From NCBI GenBank assembly GCA_030613125.1, contig JAUWMO010000003.1, positions 1 through 33,895 on the forward strand: 33,895 bases of DNA, written 5' to 3'. A model generated the notes under the pieces. It was not told where the DNA came from. It saw only the letters and a list, made by a program, of their open reading frames with translations, and made no database searches. The translations under genes were made by a program, and so were the position numbers. The DNA is from Bacteroidota bacterium. GTDB lineage: Bacteria > Bacteroidota > Bacteroidia > Bacteroidales > VadinHA17. Numbering within the stretch: the first letter of the stretch is position 1; each line of letters opens with the position of its first letter. This document shows positions 8,217-15,339 of the stretch, piece after piece.

Positions 8217-10631
8217 ATGAAAGACTTTATTCTCATTACAATACGGTTAAGGATGGGATATTACCTGTGGAAATTACTCGTTCTCCTTTTTTTAATGGCA
8301 TTATTTAACGGTAATCTTCTTTCATGTAAGCAAATCCCGGAAAAAAAAACCGGTCAAATGGTTCAACCTGAAGCAGATCAGTCATATTCTCTGCAAAATG
8401 ATCCAATGGTATTGCAACCAGGACCTGCCCAGGGAGATTCTCTCCTGACCAATCCTCCGGGATTCCACTGGCCACAGGAAAACGGAGATGCAGGTTTTAT
8501 ACTTGAAATTTCAAAAAACAATGGTTTTACCGGCAGTGACCAGTTATTGAAAAAGGCTAAAAAAGATGGGATCCTAATTCCTTCTTCTTTGTCAGAAGCA
8601 CCAGAGGTTTATAAAGGAACTAATTCCTGGTTAATTGCAGGTTTACCACTTCCTCTTCACAGGCCATCATTTGTCCTTGAAAAAGGAAACTGGTATTGGC
8701 GCTGGAGGTCAGTAACAAATAGCAGAAAAATTTCTGCTCCTTCCGCACCCATACAATTCACTGTTTCTAAAAAAAGTATTGAATATAAAGTTCCCCCTCT
8801 AAAAGAGTTATTTGCCCGAATTCCGAAAATGCATCCCAGACTCTTTGTCCGTCCGGAAAATCTTGACAGTTTACGTATGCTTCAAACTTCAAGTAAGCCT
8901 CATAGAGATCTTTTTTCCCGTATTTCCGATTATGCCGATACACTTCTGCTTATACCAATTAATCAGGAACCCGATTTTCTGCCTCAGGGCGGAGATTTTC
9001 CATACAAAATATGGCGCGACTATTATGATCAGGCCAGGAAATCAGGACAAATTCTCGATTTTCTTAGCTTCTGTTATATGATGACCGGTGAAGAAAAATA
9101 TGCAGAACGAACCAAACAATGGCTGTTCAGTTTTGTAAAATGGGATCCTGAGGGCCCCAGTTCCATGGATTCTAACGACGAGGTGGCCATGCCAATACTG
9201 CTAAATGGAGCCAGGGCATATGACTGGATATATGATTATCTGAGTGAGGATGAACGTTCAGCAATAAGAGATATGCTGGTGATAAGAGGAGAACAAGCTT
9301 TCTTAAGGTGGCAAAATGGTAATTATCATTATAAGCCATATAGCAGTCATACTACCAGATTGGTTAGTTATATGAGTCAGGTTGGTATAATTCTGTATGG
9401 TGAGGCAAATGAGGCTGAAAAGTGGCTTGGTTACCTTATTCCTATGGTAACTACTTTTTACCCTCCATGGGGGGGAAGGGATGGGGGCTACTCGGAAGGT
9501 CCCAGTTACTGGATGATGTACTTCAACTACATGCTGCAGTCTGCCTATTGTATTCAGAGCGCAATGAGTCTTGATATATTGAAAAAAGAGTTTTACCGGA
9601 ACAATGGCTGGTATAAAATCTATGCTTATCCCTACTATGGAGCAATGCGTCCTTTTGGAGATACAGGGATCGGGCATTACTGGCCGGCCGATAAGATGAA
9701 TCTTTACCGGTTGGCTTCAATATTTAATAATTCATACTTCCGCTGGAGAGCTGACATGAGCCAGCCCGATGAAATGCCTGTTGCTGAAACAATAATTCCC
9801 ACAGGTATAATGAGCTTTTTTTGGTTAGATGAAGGTGCGGATGCAGTCAAACCCGTTCCACCTGACAATTTGCCGGGTTCCCGTCTCTTTCGCGATATAG
9901 GTCTTGTTGCATTTCATGAAGATCCGGGCAATCCTGATGAGACCTATTTCCTGTTAAAAAGTTCTCCGTATGGTTCATGGAGCCATATTCATGCAGATCA
10001 GAATTCATTTTATATTCAGGGATTTGGTGAAGCTCTTGCCATTCAGTCAGGGTATTACCCTCATTATGGCCATCCCCATCATAAAGAATGGACATGGAAA
10101 ACACATGCCCATAATTCCATACTTATTGATGGAGTTGGACAAAAAATACGTGACAGAGCTTCACGTGGAAAAATAATCGCCTTCAGAACAGGTAATGGGG
10201 AGCCTGGAAGTATTGATTATGCAGCAGGAGATGCCACAGCAGCATATTCAGGCCGGCTGAATAAATTTATTCGTCATGTATATTATTTTCGGCCTAGAGA
10301 TTTTCTTTTAATTGATGAGCTTGAAGCGCCAGAGCCGGTTCGTTATGACTGGTTATTGCATTCCCTGGAAAAAATGGAAATTGACAAAAAAAATAAAGAA
10401 GTTACAATACGAAAAGGACAAGCCATTTTGGTATTGAAATTTTTATTCCCTGAAGACCTGGAGTTCTCGCAAACAAATAAATTTATAACCGAACCCGGTT
10501 TGTCGTATCCTGAAGGCTATGCCTATCCTGACCAATGGCACCTTAGGGTCTCTACAATAAACAGGTCTAAAGCTGCAAGCTTTATTGTAAGGATGAAGGT
10601 CAGGTCTGTGAACAACCAGAACTATAAGTAA
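8217..10631 (+). CDS. DUF4962 + heparinase II/III-like polysaccharide lyase (PL15-like), probable lipoprotein
   Basis: NPPGFHW, HPRLF, YSSH, DGGYSEGPSYW, KSSPYGSWSHIHADQNSF and AHNSILIDG motifs. Lipobox LLSC suggests the true start may be ATG 8253. Confidence 0.8.
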   Translation: MKDFILITIRLRMGYYLWKLLVLLFLMALFNGNLLSCKQIPEKKTGQMVQPEADQSYSLQNDPMVLQPGPAQGDSLLTNPPGFHWPQENGDAGFILEISKNNGFTGSDQLLKKAKKDGILIPSSLSEAPEVYKGTNSWLIAGLPLPLHRPSFVLEKGNWYWRWRSVTNSRKISAPSAPIQFTVSKKSIEYKVPPLKELFARIPKMHPRLFVRPENLDSLRMLQTSSKPHRDLFSRISDYADTLLLIPINQEPDFLPQGGDFPYKIWRDYYDQARKSGQILDFLSFCYMMTGEEKYAERTKQWLFSFVKWDPEGPSSMDSNDEVAMPILLNGARAYDWIYDYLSEDERSAIRDMLVIRGEQAFLRWQNGNYHYKPYSSHTTRLVSYMSQVGIILYGEANEAEKWLGYLIPMVTTFYPPWGGRDGGYSEGPSYWMMYFNYMLQSAYCIQSAMSLDILKKEFYRNNGWYKIYAYPYYGAMRPFGDTGIGHYWPADKMNLYRLASIFNNSYFRWRADMSQPDEMPVAETIIPTGIMSFFWLDEGADAVKPVPPDNLPGSRLFRDIGLVAFHEDPGNPDETYFLLKSSPYGSWSHIHADQNSFYIQGFGEALAIQSGYYPHYGHPHHKEWTWKTHAHNSILIDGVGQKIRDRASRGKIIAFRTGNGEPGSIDYAAGDATAAYSGRLNKFIRHVYYFRPRDFLLIDELEAPEPVRYDWLLHSLEKMEIDKKNKEVTIRKGQAILVLKFLFPEDLEFSQTNKFITEPGLSYPEGYAYPDQWHLRVSTINRSKAASFIVRMKVRSVNNQNYK

Positions 10632-10711
10632 AGTAAGTATCATTTCAAACTCTCAATTAATAAAACCGAATAAAAAAAGTCAACAAACAATAAAACAAAA
10701 AGCTTTAAGTC

Positions 10712-12070
10712 ATGAAAATTAACATTTTTACGAGAAGAAAGTTTATTATTAGCGCTTCTGCAGGAACAGCCGGTGCCTTATTATCATACAAGGTGCCTGT
10801 ATTCGGAATTTCAAATAAAGTGTCGGTTTCTGAACTCGCTCTTAAGGGTGGCAAACCTGTCAGGACCGATGACTGGATGAAATGGCCGGTATGGAATTCT
10901 GATGCTGAAGAACCAATGTTATCCGTCCTTAGAAGTGGAAACTGGTACCGCGGATGGGGTACTAAAGTTACCGGATTTGAAAATAAATATGCTGATCTGA
11001 TTGGGGCCAAACGTGTCCTTGCGACGGCGAGTGGAACAACCGCTTTAGAAACAGCCCTTCATGTTATGGGAGTTGATGCAGGTGATGAGGTCATTGTGTC
11101 TCCTTATACCTTTATTGCGACCTATAATGTGGTTTTTAATCAAAAAGCGCTTCCGGTTTTTGCTGATACCGATCAGGAAACATTCAACATTAATCCACAT
11201 AAGATTGAAGAGAAGATTACGGAACGCACCAAAGCCATCCTTCCTGTACATATTCTTGGCCTGCCAGCTGATATGAGACGGATTATGGCAATTGCCAGGA
11301 GGAACAATCTTGTTGTGATTGAAGATGCCTGCCAGGCTTGGCTGGCTGAATATGAGGGAAAAAAATGTGGCACATTGGGAGATTTGGGATGTTTTAGTTT
11401 CCAGAATTCCAAAAATATTCCTTCGGGAGAAGGAGGGGCTGTTGCAGGGAATAATGATAAGATTATGGACCTTTGCTATTCTTACCATAATTGTGGCCGG
11501 GCATATGGCAAAACTATGTCTGAGTTCAGCGGTTACCCCTTTCGTGGAGGGAACAAAAGAATGACGGAGTTTCAGGCGGTTATATTAATGTCACAGATGA
11601 AGCGGGCGAAAAGGGATGCGGATAAACGTCTGGAAAATGCCTTATATCTGGACTCAAAATTAAAAGATATTCCCGGGATCATTACATATAAACTAGCAGA
11701 TGGGGCAACCCGCTCGGCTTATCACCTTTATCCGTTCCGGTATAAAAAAGAGTATTTTGATGATCTGCCGAGGGAGAAATTTCTTGCTGCTCTTACTGCA
11801 GAAGGAATTCCTTGTTCGGAAGGGTATGGACCACAATATAATGACGGTTTGATAGAGGAAGCTTTGAATTCTAAAGGGTATAAAAGACTGTTTTCAAAGC
11901 AAAGATTGAACACTTACCGGGAGGAACTAAAAAATCTACCCGATAACGATCAGTTAACCCGGGAGGCTGTCTGGTTTTTTCAGAACATGTTGCTGGCTGA
12001 CCGTAAAGATATGGACGATATTGTAAATTCAATACAAAAAGTATTTGAAAACCGAAAGCAATTGCTTTGA
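10712..12070 (+). CDS. DegT/DnrJ/EryC1/StrS PLP-dependent sugar aminotransferase with Tat leader
   Basis: SGTTAL, GDEVIVSPYTFIAT, ILPVHILG, IEDACQA and FSFQNSKNIPSGEGG (PLP lysine); N-terminal TRRKF plus hydrophobic stretch. Confidence 0.9.
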   Translation: MKINIFTRRKFIISASAGTAGALLSYKVPVFGISNKVSVSELALKGGKPVRTDDWMKWPVWNSDAEEPMLSVLRSGNWYRGWGTKVTGFENKYADLIGAKRVLATASGTTALETALHVMGVDAGDEVIVSPYTFIATYNVVFNQKALPVFADTDQETFNINPHKIEEKITERTKAILPVHILGLPADMRRIMAIARRNNLVVIEDACQAWLAEYEGKKCGTLGDLGCFSFQNSKNIPSGEGGAVAGNNDKIMDLCYSYHNCGRAYGKTMSEFSGYPFRGGNKRMTEFQAVILMSQMKRAKRDADKRLENALYLDSKLKDIPGIITYKLADGATRSAYHLYPFRYKKEYFDDLPREKFLAALTAEGIPCSEGYGPQYNDGLIEEALNSKGYKRLFSKQRLNTYREELKNLPDNDQLTREAVWFFQNMLLADRKDMDDIVNSIQKVFENRKQLL

Positions 12071-12262
12071 TCATTCATAGAAAACCACGTCCTTGTGCCT
12101 CCGCTTCCACCTTCGCGAAAGCTTCGGTAGGACGAGGAATGTTATTCGTCACAAGATGTGACTCATTAGGTTTTCACTCTCCGCCTATATATAAATAAAA
12201 AATATGAATATCCAATAACAATAATATATGTATAAGAATGCAGTACTGTCCGACTAAAATAA

Positions 12263-12925
12263 TTAAAAGAAGCAGGGGTATGGCAACATACAATAATTAT
12301 CTATATTTCTGACAACGGTATTGCCTTTCCAGGCACTAAAACGAACCTTTATGATCCCTCCATGCGATTACCCTGCATTATTAAACTACCTCATTCAAAA
12401 TTCATTAATACTGTTAGTGATGCAATAGTCACATGGGCTGATCTGGCCCCAACAATACTGGATTTATGTGACGCCATTCCGAAAAAGTATAGTTTTCAGG
12501 GTCGATCATTTAAGGAGGTCTTCGGCCAAGAAAAAGCGAATGGCTGGGATACCATATACGCTTCTCATACTTTTCATGAAATTACCATGTATTATCCCAT
12601 GAGGGTAATTCAAACACGCAAATACAAATTGATCTGGAACATTGCATCAGGACTGGATTTCCCCCACGCCAGTGATTTATTGGCATCCCCAACCTGGCAG
12701 AAAGCAATAAATCAACCGGAAAAACCATATGGAAAAAGAAAAATTGCTGATTGTCTGAAAAGACCAGCTTTTGAGTTATATGATCTTCAAAACAATCCTG
12801 ATGAAACAGATAATTTGTCATATAAACCCTAATATTCCGGAGTCGTAAATAAACTTAAGGGAAAAATCAAAGCCTTTCAAAAAAGGACCAAAGATCCATG
12901 GATTATCAAATGGAAGCATGAATAA
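12263..12925 (+). pseudogene. Truncated N-sulfoglucosamine sulfohydrolase (sulfamidase)-like sulfatase
   Basis: Frame of ORF 12362 extends upstream as LKEAGVWQHTIIIYISDNGIAFPGTKTNLYDPSMRLP after a TAA at 12260-12262. Contains SHTFHEITMYYPMR. Premature TAA at 12830-12832, then in-frame YSGVVNKLKGKIKAFQKRTKDPWIIKWKHE* to 12925. The N-terminal catalytic half (C/SxPxR) is absent. Confidence 0.85.
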
Positions 12926-12940
12926 CAGTTTGCCTTCTTA

Positions 12941-13104
12941 AAACCCTGTCGGGGTTAAAAACACTTTATAGTAAAGCGACTTTCCAAGTCGCTAACGACT
13001 CTTCCAAAGCTCCAAAGCTCCGAAGGAGTTCCTGTGGGAGAATGCCTTAGGTAGAATACCTTCGGCAGGAGAGTCGTTATACTAAGAAAAAAACCAACAG
13101 GGTT
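12941..13104. repeat. Composite REP-like palindromic element
   Basis: Nested inverted arms: AACCCTGTCGG (12942) / CCAACAGGGTT (to 13104); TAGTAAAGCGACT (12969) / AGTCGTTATACTA (13072); AGCGACTT-TCC-AAGTCGCT; AACGACTCT / AGAGTCGTT. Confidence 0.65.
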
Positions 13105-13155
13105 GCTGCTCGAACCCTGAGTCAAGAGGCTATATGAAAATAAAGATAAATGAAT

Positions 13156-13194
13156 AACCCCGCCTCCAGATAGTTATCGGGATGGCGGGGATTA
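13156..13194 (-). terminator. GC-rich hairpin, plausible intrinsic terminator of the 15135-13237 gene
   Basis: CCCCGCC…GGCGGGG stem enclosing a GATAGTTATC palindrome, followed on the - strand by T-rich TTATTCATTTATCTTT, ~40 bp after the stop. Confidence 0.45.
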
Positions 13195-13236
13195 AGATGA
13201 ATAACTAATATCGGGCGGGGAATATAAACCCATGAT

Positions 13237-15135
13237 TTAATCCCCTGAAAGCCGGACTCTGATTTCCCCTAAGTTGTTTTCAAACTTCCATGCCGGAATT
13301 CTTAGTTCAATACGTTTCAATCCTTCTATCTGACGGTCGAGTTCCAGCGGTGCCGGGTGTAAGGAAACTACTGAAATGGTAAAATCAGGATGTGACAGAT
13401 TTTCCAGTTTAAGTTTTTTCCCGTCTTGTTTTAAAACGGCTCCCCCTTTAACAATTTCTACATCGGCAGTTGTCATCAATTGCCAGGTAATCATTTTTGT
13501 TTTTTCTGAAAGTTCGAGTTTATCTTCAATAAGTAACGATGTTGGGCTGTCTTTTACAAACCTTCTTTTAACGCTTTTAAGCTGCCCTTCAAAAGTTGGG
13601 GTCATGTCGATGGTAACTTCCGGGTTGTTGCCTGTTTTAAAGCGGGCAATTGTTGCTTTTCCGTCAACAACATGGAACTGGTTGTTTACTGAAATTGTGC
13701 TGTGCCCGAAATTATTTTTGGTGAGTAATGTCCAGCGTTCACAATCCTGGCAGCGCTCCCATAAATTAAAGCCGGTTTTTTCGAGTTCGTGATATGACTG
13801 ATTGCCCGGATCAACTACCCAGCGTACTCCGTTTAATTCAAAAATGAATGAGCCACCATCCATATTTCCGTGATTAACAGAACCCCTTCCACCTTTTCCA
13901 CCAAAATAATATTGGTGTGGGTCATCTTCTCCTCCGGTAAAAATTACAATTGGATTTGCCCCTTCGCCTTTCCAGGCGGTGGGCATTTTAACTTCATTTT
14001 CCCCCTCATACTGAGAGAGCCAAACCAATCCGGCGCTCGCGTTGCGAGATAATTTGCCCATTTCCTCCGGCGAACGTAAGAACCTTTCTTTTTCGAAAAA
14101 CACTTTATTGCCGGTTTTTGCAGCGAACCAGGCCAGTGTTATGTCGCCATTTTTACTTCTTGAGACTCCACAGTCGGCAAAATTGTAATACCATCCGGAC
14201 GGTGCATTACACAACACCCTAAATACAGAGCTTTCCATAAACGAAGGATATTCAGCCAAACCAAAATCGGTGCCAAATGCACTTTCAAACATGGCTGCAG
14301 TTAATACTGTAAAACCGGTTCCGTAACCCCAGTAAGTAGACCCTTCAGGGTAAACACCATCGGGGCCATATTCCACCAAAGCATATGGCATTCCGTCCAG
14401 TGCACGGCTGATAGTTTTTACAGCCAGTTCCAGGTCTTTTTCGGCAATGGTAATTGCAGCGGCAATCATTCCGCCGTGGCACACCTGATTCCAGTTGTTG
14501 GTGCCTGTAACCCAACCGGTATTTCCTTTTTTATTATAACTCGGTTTTATCCCTTTTTCAATCAATGCCGTTTTGGCCAGTTCGATGGTTGATTTGGGTA
14601 GTTTCCCGGCAGTCCAGTCGAGGGCAAAAGCCACTGCCATCGACATTTCTGCCACATCGAGGTAGTGCGATGGGTTCCAGTCGGAAAAATTACAAACTGC
14701 AACCACTTCTTCGTTTATGCGCTGTAATATTTTTGGGTCTTTCTCAATGCGGTAAACCATGCCCAGCATGTTAATGCGGTATAGCATTTCTCTGGAAACT
14801 CCAAGCAGCCTGCGACCGGTTTTAATTCTTTCCAGCAGAGGTTGTTTTTGAATTTTGGCTGCATTTAACTGAATGGCTTTATACATGTTCTGAATAACCG
14901 GATCGGTTTTCAGTTTTTTCTTTAGATTTTTTTCAATGGTGGAATTAAGTACCAGACGGGGACTTTGTTTACGCAGATTTCTTTTCAGGTATTGGACCGA
15001 CATTGGGTTCTGCAATTTTGGTATCTCTTCGCCGGCAGATTTCGATGATGGATTGTTTACATTGGCTGTTGCAATAATTGGAACAATTAAAACAAAGCAT
15101 AAAAAACTTAGCAGGTAATTAAATTTTAATTTCAT
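13237..15135 (-). CDS. Secreted heparinase II/III-family (alpha/alpha toroid + beta-sandwich) lyase-like protein
   Basis: Signal peptide; PRL, WNPSHYLDVAEM, NNWNQVCHGG, PDGVYPEGSTYWGYG, YNFAD, NHGNMDGGSF and GHSTI motifs. Confidence 0.8.
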   Translation of the reverse strand: MKLKFNYLLSFLCFVLIVPIIATANVNNPSSKSAGEEIPKLQNPMSVQYLKRNLRKQSPRLVLNSTIEKNLKKKLKTDPVIQNMYKAIQLNAAKIQKQPLLERIKTGRRLLGVSREMLYRINMLGMVYRIEKDPKILQRINEEVVAVCNFSDWNPSHYLDVAEMSMAVAFALDWTAGKLPKSTIELAKTALIEKGIKPSYNKKGNTGWVTGTNNWNQVCHGGMIAAAITIAEKDLELAVKTISRALDGMPYALVEYGPDGVYPEGSTYWGYGTGFTVLTAAMFESAFGTDFGLAEYPSFMESSVFRVLCNAPSGWYYNFADCGVSRSKNGDITLAWFAAKTGNKVFFEKERFLRSPEEMGKLSRNASAGLVWLSQYEGENEVKMPTAWKGEGANPIVIFTGGEDDPHQYYFGGKGGRGSVNHGNMDGGSFIFELNGVRWVVDPGNQSYHELEKTGFNLWERCQDCERWTLLTKNNFGHSTISVNNQFHVVDGKATIARFKTGNNPEVTIDMTPTFEGQLKSVKRRFVKDSPTSLLIEDKLELSEKTKMITWQLMTTADVEIVKGGAVLKQDGKKLKLENLSHPDFTISVVSLHPAPLELDRQIEGLKRIELRIPAWKFENNLGEIRVRLSGD

Positions 15136-15190
15136 TTTAGTTGGTTTTAGCTTTTTTCATTATTTAAGTCTATTCCTTAGCGCCAATTTT

Positions 15191-15339
15191 GAGTCCACTC
15201 CGAAAAGTTTTTTTTGCCACAAAGACACGAAAGCACAAAGATACACAAAAGTTAAGGTACTGGAAATAAACCCTTTGTGAATTTTAGTGTCTTAGTGTTT
15301 TAGTGGCATTTTCTTTTTTTGACTTTTCGGAGAGGACTC
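15191..15339. mobile_element. MITE (149 bp) overlapping the 3' end of the GH2 gene
   Basis: TIRs GAGTCCACTCCGAAAAGT (15191-15208) and ACTTTTCGGAGAGGACTC (15322-15339), 17/18 match. 6-bp direct repeat AATTTT at 15185-15190 and 15340-15345. Internal imperfect hairpin GCCACAAAGACAC…GTGTTTTAGTGGC. Confidence 0.85.

Noticed and set aside
12362-12832. 156-aa ORF as an intact gene
   Set aside because: It is an internal part of the sulfatase pseudogene; homology extends both upstream of the ATG and past the stop.
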